Source of the DNA: Chrysochromulina tobinii
Lineage: Eukaryota
Reading direction: 5' to 3'
NCBI GenBank assembly: GCA_001275005.1
Contig: JWZX01003203.1
Span: forward strand, 1-64,000
DNA length: 64,000 bases
Shown: positions 22,097-32,168 of the stretch, one piece after another
How the letters are laid out: each line of letters starts with the position of its first letter
How positions within the stretch are numbered: the first letter of the stretch is position 1
The notes under the pieces: model-generated
What the model was told of the DNA's origin: nothing
Databases searched by the model: none
Seen by the model: the letters and a program-made list of their open reading frames with translations, nothing else
Made by a program: the position numbers and the translations under genes

Positions 22097-22309
22097 TTGC
22101 AGTTTGACACGTGGCAGCGAACACCCAGACTTTCAATGTCCCCAGCTCGCAGCTAAACGCAAGTTGTCTCGTGCTCTCTTTTTTCTTCACGCTTTCGCAT
22201 GATTTTGAGAACACAAGTGTGGTGCCCCCAGCATGCCCCCAGGCTGGTGGAGCCTTTTTCTCGAGAAATGGAGAGTGATCTGCGAGATGCCCCTTGGTAG
22301 CTGGGCTGT

Positions 22310-22864
22310 TTACTTTTTCTTGCTCGTTGGTCTGCGGCCAGCGCCTCGCTTCTCGCTCGCGGCAGCCTCCTCTGCGAGCAGCGCGGCGGCAGCAGCCTCA
22401 GCTCGAGCCTCCGCGGCCATGCGCTCCTCAGCCTCGACCTCAGCGGCCCGCTCAGCCGCGGTGTCAATGCGCCCCCGCACTGTACTGATCTCGGTCCCAT
22501 CAGGCAAACGCACGGAATAGTAGGGCGGCGGGTTGTCATAATATACGTGAGTGACGTGCACGAACTCCTTGCGCGTGCGGTGCCAGCAACGCTCACCGAC
22601 AGCGATGGGTGGCCGAAAATTGCGAGCAGCCTCGTTTGCGTCCTCTATGGGCGCTTCTGCTCCTTTCTTTGATGGCTTGTGGCGACGCTTCTTTGACGAA
22701 GGCGACGGCTGGCTTCCGCTGTCAGCGGCGCCTTCGGCGAAATCTTCAGCGGCACCTTCGGTGGCAGTGCCATGAGCCATCTTGCTGGACCGGCGCACGT
22801 AGAGGGTCGCCGCTGCTATCGCCACGGATGTCGCCACTCCGATAAGCCACCACGGGGATTCCAT
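22310..22864 (-). CDS. Membrane-anchored protein with a small SH3/Tudor-like beta domain
   Basis: N-terminal hydrophobic anchor; VGERCWHR...VHVTHVYYDNPPPYYSVRLPDGTEIST; coiled C-terminus. Fold call by eye. Confidence 0.65.
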   Translation of the reverse strand: MESPWWLIGVATSVAIAAATLYVRRSSKMAHGTATEGAAEDFAEGAADSGSQPSPSSKKRRHKPSKKGAEAPIEDANEAARNFRPPIAVGERCWHRTRKEFVHVTHVYYDNPPPYYSVRLPDGTEISTVRGRIDTAAERAAEVEAEERMAAEARAEAAAAALLAEEAAASEKRGAGRRPTSKKK

Positions 22865-23020
22865 GGATGCCTGTACTTTTTTTCGGGCTCCAGAGCGTCT
22901 AAGCGGCGATGCCGCGGCAGCCGTGTGGCACGTGAATCGATAACTTTTCAGTCAGTGAGAACGTGAAACTTGTGAAGACACAGTGTGAAGACACAGACCG
23001 AGTCCAGAAGAACCCGTCTC

Positions 23021-23926
23021 TCAGCAGATGCAGCTAAACCGCTTGCAGAACTCGCACTTCTTCTTCTCTGCTTTGCGCTCTGCCACTTCCTGCGCCGCCT
23101 CGTGCGCCCGCCGCTTGCGCCGCGCCTCCTCCTCGTCGTCAAACTCGCGGAAGCCGCCGGCCTCACCCGTGCGCTTCATGTCGCGCCCGGCCGTCGAATA
23201 GGACTTGGTGTCGAGCCCTACAGAGTGGTTGAGTTTCTGATCGACCTTGCCTGTCGCCGCGTCGCGGGGGTAGGCATTTGACCGGTCAGGCGACCTGGAG
23301 TGGGAGAGGGAGCGCTGGGGCCGCGCGTACTTGGTGGCAGCGGTGCGCGCGTCGGGTGCTTCGCGCCGCATTTGTTGCACTCGTTCCGCCGTGCCCAATT
23401 CCAATTCTGGCAGCCGGTGCACTGTGAGTCCACAGCGGTTCCACAGGGTGGGGACCCGCGTCACATACGAACCGAGAGAGGTAACGCGGCGCAAGGATTG
23501 TGGGCAGAGAGTGGGCGTGTGGCCATGCACCTGCCAGTCGCCCGCGCTCGGATCCACGTTCGGAGGCGGTGGCCTGCCTACTATGGGGAGGCCGCTGTGG
23601 GATGATGGTTCCGATGAGGATGAGCGGCCGCCGGAGCGGCCGCCAAATTGCGACGGGAAGACGTCGCCAGATCGTGAACTTTCGGATGGCCCACGTTCAA
23701 ACTGGCGGCGCTCATCTGGCGGCCGAGGGCGCGGCCCGTCATCATCCAGTCCATGCGGCTTCTTTGTTGGGCACCTGTTACACTGAAATCGTTTCGCCCT
23801 GCGTGGGACCAGCAATCCGACCGTTCAGAGGCAGTTCAGGGCGGGCGGTGGTGGTCGTGAAGTGAACACGCGCCAGTTGAGGTTGCCACAGCCGGGGCAG
23901 TGCCAGTCGCCCGGGTCGAGACTCAT
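23021..23926 (-). CDS. RanBP2-type zinc-finger RNA-binding protein (ZRANB2-like); exons 23926-23874, 23798-23531, 23421-23331, 23250-23021
   Basis: PGDWHCPGCGNLNW|AKRFQCNRC and AGDWQ|CTGCQNWNWARRNECNKC; RTGEAGGFREFD. Intron 1 is GC-AG and is needed to build the first finger. Confidence 0.85.
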
Positions 23927-24375
23927 CGCGATGATGACGTGCGCGCAGCAGCAGGTCGAGCAGATCGTGCAAAATCTCTCCCAGGAGTTCCAGGGCGAGC
24001 TCAGAACGACGCGTAAGGAAGTTCAAGTTCAAGTTCAGGATCCAGTTCAAGTTCAAAAGAACCGGAAACGGCGACGCGGCCACTACCACACAGCACGCAA
24101 ACCACTTTCCATGAAAAGGTCAGCTCAGTAAGAGCGTTGCCTCTTGGGGAGGCGAGCGCGGGAGGCCTGCGTGCCCTCGAGCCTCGTCGCTGTCGTCGCC
24201 CATGTGGTCGCGCCTCGACCGCTCGAAGATGAGGTTCATCCAATGCGAGAGAGATGCGCTTAGCCCCGCGCGGGCGGCTAGTTTTATATTGATACATGTA
24301 CACGACAACCGCACGCTCGGGGCCCCCGGGTGGTCGAAGCCTAGGCTCGCACCTCGCAGTGCCCCTGCACTGTGG

Positions 24376-26238
24376 CTAACTTGGAGGTCTTGTACCCCTC
24401 GCCCGTCCCGTCGAGTTTCCAGGCGTCAAGGGCTGCCGTCCGCTCAAGCTAGCAGCCGTGCGCGCGGTGGTGCCCCCGGCCGTGCGCGCGGTGGCGCCCT
24501 TCGTGAACGAGTCACCTGCGTCCGAAAACGAGTCCTCAAGCGAGTCGGCCTCGCCCGTCATCAATTGATGGCTCAGCCGCACGAGCGCCGCCGTGTGGGA
24601 GCCGCCGCATGCAACCCACGCGACGCGCGCGCCGAGAGCCGCCACCTTCCGGGGCTCGAGCTCCGTCTGGACGCCGCCGTGCCCGAGCTGCCCATTCTGG
24701 TTCTTACCCCAGGTATACAAGCTGCCGTCGTCGCACACGGCCGCGCTGTGGGCGCCGCCGCACGCGACCAACACGGCTGTCTCGTCGGAGAGGGCGTCGA
24801 CCTCGATGAACCGCTTGAGAGGTTCGTTGCCAAAGCGGGCTCCGTGACCGAGCTGGCCGTGCAGGTTGCACCCGCAAGACCACACTTCACTCCGCTCGCC
24901 GAGGACGAGGGTGTGTCGCCCGCCGCAGGCCACCTGCAGCGGCCCCGATGTAAACGTCCAAGGGACCTTGTGAGGGAACGCGCGGTCGTCGAAATCGCCC
25001 ATCCCGAGCTGCCCGTCGGCGTTGGCGCCCCAGGCGAACAGCTGCCCGTCCGCCGTGCTCGCGACTGTGTGGTAGTTGCCACAGCTGATCGAAGCCACCC
25101 GCAGCGGAGTATGCCTACGCCCACGTACCATGAAGCTGCGCCCCCCCACGTCCGCGGCCGAGATGAGCATCTGTACTTTAGCCTCCAGCTCAGCACGCCC
25201 TTCGAAGGCGCTCGAGGCGAGCAGGTGTGGCACGGACACGGCAGGCGGCGGCGGCGGCGTGTCGGCCGCTCCCTGAAGACGACCGGCCTTGCCGCCGCCG
25301 AAGCCGCGCACGCCGCCGCCGAAGCCGAAGCCGCCTACGCCGACGCCGCCGCCTACGCCTCCGCCGCCGACGCCGCCGACGCCGGCGCCGGCGCCCAAGC
25401 CCAAGCCGAAGCCCAAGCCGCCAGCACCAGCGCCTGCTAGCTCGTTGGGCTCGGGCGGTGCAGCGAGGAATGCCGGCAGGCCGAGCTGGCCACGCCCGTT
25501 GTCGCCCCAGACGAACACGTGTCCATGGGACGAGAGCGCAGCCGAATGCAGCCCGCCTGCGCTCACCGTCACCGGCGGTAGCTCCCCCGGCAAGTAGAGT
25601 GCATGGCCGCAGATGGGCGAGGCATCGCACAGAGCGCCAGGGCCGAGGCCGAGCTGGCCTTCGCGCCCGCGTCCGACGGCGAAGAGCGCCGGCTCGTCCC
25701 GGGACGTACGCGGCATCGTCATGAGCACCGTGTGCATGCCACCACACGAGACGGCCTGGATGGCCACCGCGCCCTCGCCCTCGCACAGGCCGGCCACCAC
25801 CGGAGTGAGCACGCAGCCACCGCCACGCGGCGAAGCCTCTATGTGGGCCGCGGCGCTCGGATGGAGGCCGAGCTGGCCCTCATGGGCGCGGCCCCACCCA
25901 CGTGCCCGCAGGTCGCCCGTCACGGCAACAGTGTGGTCGAAACCGCAGCTGATGAGCAGCGTGCCGCCGTGCTTGCGCAGCGCGCTCACGAGGTATGGCG
26001 AGAGCTCGTCCCGAAAAGCACCGTTGCCCAGCGCGCCTTGACCGCCGAAGCCCCATGTGTACACGTCGTGGGGCTCACGCGTCGCGGGCGGCTTTGGCAG
26101 CTTAGTCTTCTCCGGCTTGGCTCTCACGCTCTTGCTCTCGCCTCCGGAACGGCGCGAATCCGTCGTCTTTTCGGAGCGCCCCGTCGTCTTTTCGGAGCGC
26201 CGCGAGTCCGCCACGAGCCGGCTAGAGCTGGTGGACAT
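24376..26238 (-). CDS. RCC1-repeat beta-propeller protein with a Gly-rich insertion
   Basis: Repeated CGxxHT...WGxNxxGQLG motifs (about 7); ORF open upstream to 26358; ATG at 26238 chosen. Confidence 0.88.
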   Translation of the reverse strand: MSTSSSRLVADSRRSEKTTGRSEKTTDSRRSGGESKSVRAKPEKTKLPKPPATREPHDVYTWGFGGQGALGNGAFRDELSPYLVSALRKHGGTLLISCGFDHTVAVTGDLRARGWGRAHEGQLGLHPSAAAHIEASPRGGGCVLTPVVAGLCEGEGAVAIQAVSCGGMHTVLMTMPRTSRDEPALFAVGRGREGQLGLGPGALCDASPICGHALYLPGELPPVTVSAGGLHSAALSSHGHVFVWGDNGRGQLGLPAFLAAPPEPNELAGAGAGGLGFGLGLGAGAGVGGVGGGGVGGGVGVGGFGFGGGVRGFGGGKAGRLQGAADTPPPPPAVSVPHLLASSAFEGRAELEAKVQMLISAADVGGRSFMVRGRRHTPLRVASISCGNYHTVASTADGQLFAWGANADGQLGMGDFDDRAFPHKVPWTFTSGPLQVACGGRHTLVLGERSEVWSCGCNLHGQLGHGARFGNEPLKRFIEVDALSDETAVLVACGGAHSAAVCDDGSLYTWGKNQNGQLGHGGVQTELEPRKVAALGARVAWVACGGSHTAALVRLSHQLMTGEADSLEDSFSDAGDSFTKGATARTAGGTTARTAASLSGRQPLTPGNSTGRARGTRPPS

Positions 26239-26445
26239 CCGACGCACGCACGCACGCCTTTCGCGACCTCCACGACCTCCGCCGTGCGAGTCACAGTTTT
26301 GGACATGGAAGGCTCCCCACGTTGAACGCAGAGGCCTGTGCCTCGACTTTTTGATCACGCGATTCCCATCTGCCTCTGAAAATAGTGAAATTTGGAGTAC
26401 TTTTCACACTCTCTTCTCAGCCCCTGTCGCGCCCCGACAAAGGCA

Positions 26446-27774
26446 ATGTCCTCTCTCGCAGCCGCTCGCGCGGACAACTTCTACCACCCGCCGGATTGGG
26501 ACCCACGCAAGCAGTCGCGCGGCGAGCATGCCGCCGGAGGCGGTGCCAAGCTCTCCAAGGAGGACAAGTGGAAGGCCCACCCACTGCGCGAGCGTGCGAA
26601 GCGGCTGGCCACGGAGGGCGTGCTGATCATCCGGTTTGAGATGCCGTTCAACGTACGGTGCAACGGCTGCGGGAACCACATTGGCAAGGGCGTGCGTTAT
26701 GATGCTGAGAAGCGCAAGATTGGCAAGTACTTTTCTACGAGCATCTACTCCTTCCGGATGCTGTGCCACTGCGAGGACGGCACTTCACGGACGTGCCAGC
26801 GGCGCAACCCGCACTGGATCGAGATCCAGACCGACCCGAAGAATGCGGACTACGTCATTACCGAGGGCGCCGCGCGCCTCGCCGAGCCATCGGCAGACGA
26901 CGCCGAGGCGCTCGGCGTCGAGCGCGCCCTCGACCCCAACGAAGCTTCGAAGCGGAGCGCCAACCCTTTTTACCGGCTGGAAGCGACCGGCGGTGGCGCG
27001 GCGGCGCGCAAGCCGTGGCTCGAGCGGCTGCAGGAGCAGCGCGATGACCGTTGGCACGACGACTATGAAACGAATCGCTCGCTCCGCCGCGCTCATCGCT
27101 CACAGCGTCAGGAGGCCTTTGTGGAAGCTGCTGTGCATCAGGCCAGGGGAGTACGCGTACCACTGCTCCCTGAGCACCCGGCCGACGTACTCGCCGCGCA
27201 ACTTGCGCCGCTCCAGGCTGCACGACGAGCCTCCGACGTACGCGCGAGCGAGCGCCTCCATCAGCTCACGAACGGCTCGATCTTCGGAAGCTCTACGAAA
27301 GCGAGCGCCGTTGGCGCCGTGCCGAGCAGCACGAGCGCCGTAGCGAGCACATCGGGCGCGGCCGGCGCCTCCGTCGGCGGCGGCCGGGGCGGCCGAGCAT
27401 CGGCGCAGTGGCACACGCAGGAAGCGCAGCGGCTCCTGCGGCTCCAGCTCCGCCGTGAGCGCGACATGTGCATCACCGTCGTCCCTGCCGTGAGCCGCGT
27501 GGCACGCCCACAGATGGCGCCGCCCGTGGCGCTCGTGTGCGTGGCGGCGGCACCCGTGGCGTCGGACGCGACGAAGTCGGTCGCGACGGAGGCGATCGAG
27601 ACGGAGGCGGTCAAGTCGGAGGCCGACGTGGTGGACGGGTCACCGAGCCTAAGGGCGGCCAGTAGGAAGCGCGAACGAAACACAAACAGTGACGACGGTA
27701 GATGCAGGCTCGGAGTCCGATTAGTGGCGTACTCGGACTCCGATGATGAAGCAGAGGGCTGGGATTCGTCGTAA
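26446..27774 (+). CDS. YJU2B: Splicing factor CCDC130/YJU2B (Saf4/Yju2 family)
   Basis: ADNFYHPPDWDP, LIIRFEMPFNVRCNGCGNHIGKGVRYDAEK, IEIQTDPKNADY. Confidence 0.9.
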   Translation: MSSLAAARADNFYHPPDWDPRKQSRGEHAAGGGAKLSKEDKWKAHPLRERAKRLATEGVLIIRFEMPFNVRCNGCGNHIGKGVRYDAEKRKIGKYFSTSIYSFRMLCHCEDGTSRTCQRRNPHWIEIQTDPKNADYVITEGAARLAEPSADDAEALGVERALDPNEASKRSANPFYRLEATGGGAAARKPWLERLQEQRDDRWHDDYETNRSLRRAHRSQRQEAFVEAAVHQARGVRVPLLPEHPADVLAAQLAPLQAARRASDVRASERLHQLTNGSIFGSSTKASAVGAVPSSTSAVASTSGAAGASVGGGRGGRASAQWHTQEAQRLLRLQLRRERDMCITVVPAVSRVARPQMAPPVALVCVAAAPVASDATKSVATEAIETEAVKSEADVVDGSPSLRAASRKRERNTNSDDGRCRLGVRLVAYSDSDDEAEGWDSS

Positions 27775-27859
27775 CTCTGTGAAGGCTGACCTTTTCGCGT
27801 TGAAGGGCCCTAGCCGGCCCTGGTGTGATTGCTTGCGCCGGACGATTTTCACGCCAAAA

Positions 27860-28454
27860 ATGGAGAAGAAGAACGTGGGCGGCATCACGTACATCAAGCA
27901 GGTGCCCAACTTCCTGAAGCAAATGATGCAGCTTGACGAGTCCGGGGTGCGCGCGCGCAGTCATCCTTGATCATTCATGCCTCCGCCATGGCTCTCCACC
28001 TCCCCCGCTCCTTTCCTCCACGCAATTGCTGCAGATTGATGGGGCCGTGCGCAAGGCGGAGAAGCAGCCAGAGAAGCAGGAGCGAGAGGACACTGAAGAC
28101 GAGAAGCCTGTGGTCGTGGGCGATGCTGAAGCGCTGCCATCACAGCAACGTGGAAAGGAGATGAAGAGTGGAGGCTCGTTGCGGTTCAAAGGTGATGACG
28201 ATGCAACCGCATCGTCGAGGTTTCGTGAGTCTGCCCGTGAGCGCGTGCTGCAAGCGGAACGTGAAGCTTTTGCGGTGGCGGACGAATCAGACGCAGCTCA
28301 AGCGTCGGGAAAGGTCGTGTTCAATGCTGCAGTGCAAAAGAAGAGAAAGCACGTCGACGGCACCGCGAGCAGCTCCAAGGGCGTGGGTGTGGGCGCCGCG
28401 AAGGCTGTCAAGAACACCAAGCTGCTGTCTTTCGACGCGGAGGATTGTACATAG
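27860..28454 (+). CDS. DUF4604 / KIAA1143-like protein; exons 27860-27946, 28035-28454
   Basis: N-terminal ITYIKQVPNFLK and C-terminal VKNTKLLSFDAED resemble that family; GT-AG intron in frame. Confidence 0.65.
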
Positions 28455-28679
28455 TGAGAGTGTCTTCTTTACATCTTAAATAGCGCGAATAGCAACAGAC
28501 TAGGTCTAGGAAAAACGCTGCCGCTCAATGACCCGGCAACGGGACTGCGACGCTCGCTCCGGGCGCGCGGGCCTCTTGTGTGGGCACCCCGCTCCGTTCG
28601 CGATTCGGTTGTAACACTCGTACAGGTATGATTGCTTGTGATGGCCGTCGTGATTGCTTGTGGCATCTTGCACATCTCG

Positions 28680-31505
28680 TTAGGGATTGCCAATTATGGC
28701 TTCTGATATATGGTCTGCCTCGGCTGCTCCGCGGCGAGAAACGTCGTCGACGATGTCAACTCCGCTGCTCGTGCTCCCAGCCGGTGTGGGGCCCTCGGTC
28801 GGGCCCCTCGGCGACACGATGGCGATGGTCTGTGCGTCGCCCCCGCCTGGCCCGTCGTCGTCATTTTCGTGCAACTCCGCATCCACTTCGATGGACGAGT
28901 CGAACATCGACGTGCGGTTTTTGCCGCGCTTGCCGCCGCCCTCCGCATTGCTCTCGATTATCTGGTACTTGAACACCCACTTCATCGTGCCGCTCTGCGA
29001 ATCTATCTGGCGCTCGCCGCAGTTCAGGTTGAGCCAGCCCCATCGCTGGAGCGTATAAATCTGAAGCTCGAGCCGGAGTACCTGGCGCGCGTAGGCGACC
29101 CGCCACTCGAGCGTCGCGTTCCGCATCGTATTCGCATACGTTTCGCCCATCATCGCGATCAGGAGATTGAGCAGCAGCACGAGCGCCATGATATAGTACA
29201 TGATGACGCTAAGGAGGAAGGCGAGGAAGGCCAAATTTTTCCACACGGCCTTGGCCGAGCTGGTGTCGAAGCCGTTCCACGCGGCGATGTCGAGTGCGAT
29301 ACGTTCGCCGATGAGACCGGCCTCGATCAAGCTCCAGAAAGCTGGCCAGAATTTCTCGAAGTTGGGGACGGGGTCCGCCGTCGCTAGCATCGAGTCGCTG
29401 AAGTTGGGCGGGTAGCACACGTACATGACTACCCCGTAGTTGAGAATGAAGATGGCGAAGAGCACTAGCCAGTTGCTCACGTCCTTGCCGAGCATCTTGA
29501 AGCACACTGTGTACAAAACGCCGAGCCTCTCCAGGGGCGAGAGGAGCGCTTGAAAGAAGGCGCTTGTGTGGAGCAGAAGCCCGATTGCGAGCGGCACGAG
29601 CAGGCTCGTGAGCTGCTCCGCGGGCTGGTCGTGCGTGGCCGCGTCCCACCACGGCTCGTTGGGCTCGCGCTTCGAGGCCGCGCGGAAGGAATGGAGCTGA
29701 AGCACCACGAGGATGGCGCACAGCCATCCGATTACGCGCATGAGCATCTGGTTCGAGCTGCACCACCGGAGGAGGAGCAGAATATCAGACCAACTCCGCG
29801 CGCGGAAGCTCTCGTCAGCTTGCTTAGCCGCGACCCGCTCCGTCAACCACCAACCGACTGCCGAGCGCACGTCCTCTTCGAGCATCGGCACGATGCACGC
29901 GAGCGTTGCGTATGGCAGGTAGTGCGCCACCAGCCGGGTACCCACGTCGCCGTCGGCTCCACCTGCGTCATCGTCGTCCGCAAAGTACAGCATCGCTTGC
30001 GGATAATTCTTAATTAGCATGGTCGTTGCGCAGAGGCAGAGGAGGTACGCGAGGTCGAGCACGCGCATGATGATGAAGATGGCGCGGCCGTAGCGCTGGA
30101 ACTTTTGGGTCAAGAGCTTGTGGAAGATGCCGTCGACGAAGCTGTCGAGCAGCATTTCCTGCGTTTCGGGTAGCGCGTCAAGCTTGCCCAGGAGCTCCAG
30201 GATGCTCCTGGGCTCACGCCACTGGGTCCCGATGGAATCGATGCCACGCATGTCGATGTACCAGCTCGAGACTGGACCCCACACCCACTCGCAGGTGGAC
30301 TGCTTGCGCAGGATATACTGCACGATGCGCTTGTCGCCTAGCTTGACACCGAGACCCAGTGGCGTGAGCGCCGCCCACTGATGTCTGTGTCCTTGCTGCG
30401 AGAGCGCGAACGGACTCGCGCACACCTTGTCGAACGTGATCGGCAGCCCGGGCAAGTCGATCAGGAAGTTGAACATGCCCGTGAGCGAGTTGGCGACGGC
30501 CACGTGCAGGGGTAGGAAGCCGGTGAGCGGGCATGCGTTCTTCGGGTCGTTCAAGTCCACCAGGCCCGCCATCCCCGGCTCACGCTGGCTCGCGAGCAGC
30601 AGCGTGGTGAGTGCGCGCTGCAGCGAGAAGGAGACGAAGTACGAAAATGGATTCGACCCATAAAAGTCCATCGGATCGCTCGTAAAGAAGACGCCAGAGG
30701 TGACCGCGCGGAACGTCTCGCGCAGCGCCTCCGGGTGCAACTCGCTCATAGCGATCACAATCACCCGGCACAGCTCGTCCTCCCTCTTGTTCACGGCGAG
30801 GATGTGCAGCGCGTTCTCGCCCTCAAAGGGTTGGCCAATGTGACGGAGCGGGATGAGCCCCGGGCGCGCTTCGAAGGCCTTGAGCACGAGCTCGAGCGAT
30901 GCGGGCACGTTCGAGACGAGCAGCCCGTGATGTGGCCGCGCGCCCGCGCCGTCGAGTCTGCGCGCGAAGCAACGCCTATCCGGCATCGAGTCGTCCTCTT
31001 CAAGCAGCAGCGCGAGCAGCAGCTTCTCGAGCACGTAGAGCGATGAGACGCTGGGAACGACGGCCTTGTCCTTGCGAAGGTGGTCAAAGTAGACGCGCGG
31101 GTAGCGGTACAGGTTGCAGTACCCCGGTTGAAGCGTTGCTGGCTTGCCGTTGATGGGGAAAGGCAGCCTTATGGGCTTGGCCCATGTGACTGAGTGCTGC
31201 GCGTCGGTGCGCCCCGATAAGGTGACCTCTACCTCTATCTCGCAAGACAACTGCCCATCCGGTGCGCGGAACGGCACGAGCACCGTGTGTGCCATCCGCC
31301 CGTCGCTGAAGAGCACCTCTACCTGTAGCTGCTTTCTGGCCCATAAACCTCGTTTCTGCGGAGACGACGAGCCCTTTCCACGATCACTCCGTCCTAGAGT
31401 GGACTTGGAGGGTGACTGCATCGGCGACTGCGACGGCTCATCGCCAGAGGTCGCGGCAGAGGCGACCTCGGCTTTGGAGACCGGCCGGACCTTCGCCAGC
31501 CTCAT
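28680..31505 (-). CDS. TRPV-like cation channel with ankyrin repeats
   Basis: GENALHILAV, LPLHVAV, LTPLGL ankyrin motifs; WVWGPV; multiple TM segments; S6 and TRP box LLLNLLIAMMGETY...LEWRVAYARQVLRLE; intronless. Confidence 0.9.
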   Translation of the reverse strand: MRLAKVRPVSKAEVASAATSGDEPSQSPMQSPSKSTLGRSDRGKGSSSPQKRGLWARKQLQVEVLFSDGRMAHTVLVPFRAPDGQLSCEIEVEVTLSGRTDAQHSVTWAKPIRLPFPINGKPATLQPGYCNLYRYPRVYFDHLRKDKAVVPSVSSLYVLEKLLLALLLEEDDSMPDRRCFARRLDGAGARPHHGLLVSNVPASLELVLKAFEARPGLIPLRHIGQPFEGENALHILAVNKREDELCRVIVIAMSELHPEALRETFRAVTSGVFFTSDPMDFYGSNPFSYFVSFSLQRALTTLLLASQREPGMAGLVDLNDPKNACPLTGFLPLHVAVANSLTGMFNFLIDLPGLPITFDKVCASPFALSQQGHRHQWAALTPLGLGVKLGDKRIVQYILRKQSTCEWVWGPVSSWYIDMRGIDSIGTQWREPRSILELLGKLDALPETQEMLLDSFVDGIFHKLLTQKFQRYGRAIFIIMRVLDLAYLLCLCATTMLIKNYPQAMLYFADDDDAGGADGDVGTRLVAHYLPYATLACIVPMLEEDVRSAVGWWLTERVAAKQADESFRARSWSDILLLLRWCSSNQMLMRVIGWLCAILVVLQLHSFRAASKREPNEPWWDAATHDQPAEQLTSLLVPLAIGLLLHTSAFFQALLSPLERLGVLYTVCFKMLGKDVSNWLVLFAIFILNYGVVMYVCYPPNFSDSMLATADPVPNFEKFWPAFWSLIEAGLIGERIALDIAAWNGFDTSSAKAVWKNLAFLAFLLSVIMYYIMALVLLLNLLIAMMGETYANTMRNATLEWRVAYARQVLRLELQIYTLQRWGWLNLNCGERQIDSQSGTMKWVFKYQIIESNAEGGGKRGKNRTSMFDSSIEVDAELHENDDDGPGGGDAQTIAIVSPRGPTEGPTPAGSTSSGVDIVDDVSRRGAAEADHISEAIIGNP

Positions 31506-32168
31506 GCAAGAAAAACCTCGTACCGGTAAATTGTACCGAACAGTCGCCGCGATATGTGTTGCCGTTGGCTTGTTGGATCAACATCGATATTTCTAGACCA
31601 TGAAACCGACGACGGAAAAATGTGTTCGTGGGCCCTCTTATTTTGACTTTTAAAACAATTGTCTGCGACGACTTGCCTCGCGGGTCGCGCAGCCTGCGCC
31701 CTCTTGATTCTGAGTAACGGAGCAGTACCGCCAGTAACGGAGCAGTACCGGTAGTGTCCCGGCTCCCCCCGGTGTCTTTTTACCTGGTAGTACCCGTTGT
31801 CGCGCGTTTCTGTGTTCAAGTCAAGTCAAGACTACTGCACTGTACACAGAGAAATATAAAGCGTAGCAAAATTTCTAGTTCCCGGTTCACCAGCCCGCAC
31901 GCCCACAGCGGGCCAGGGTGTGGCCGCTGGGCCAAATTGCGCTGGGCGGAGGGTGCTTGTGTTTCACGAGAACATCGGTGTAGTGCGTCGTGTGTGCGTG
32001 CAAAACTTGCCTTGCCCCGTGCCTTGCCTTCAGTCACGCCTGACAAGAACGTGTCTCTTCGGAGTACATGCCTCCGGATAAAAGGTAAACAGGAAGAAAA
32101 ACGCAAGTTTGGAAGCCCTTGTGACGTAGCCGCGACGACCTTCACTGCCTGCGCTGCCCGGCCGTGCC

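Noticed and set aside
25270..25435. Gly-rich stretch in the RCC1 gene as a possible intron
   Set aside because: In frame without stops and no clear splice signals; treated as a low-complexity insertion.
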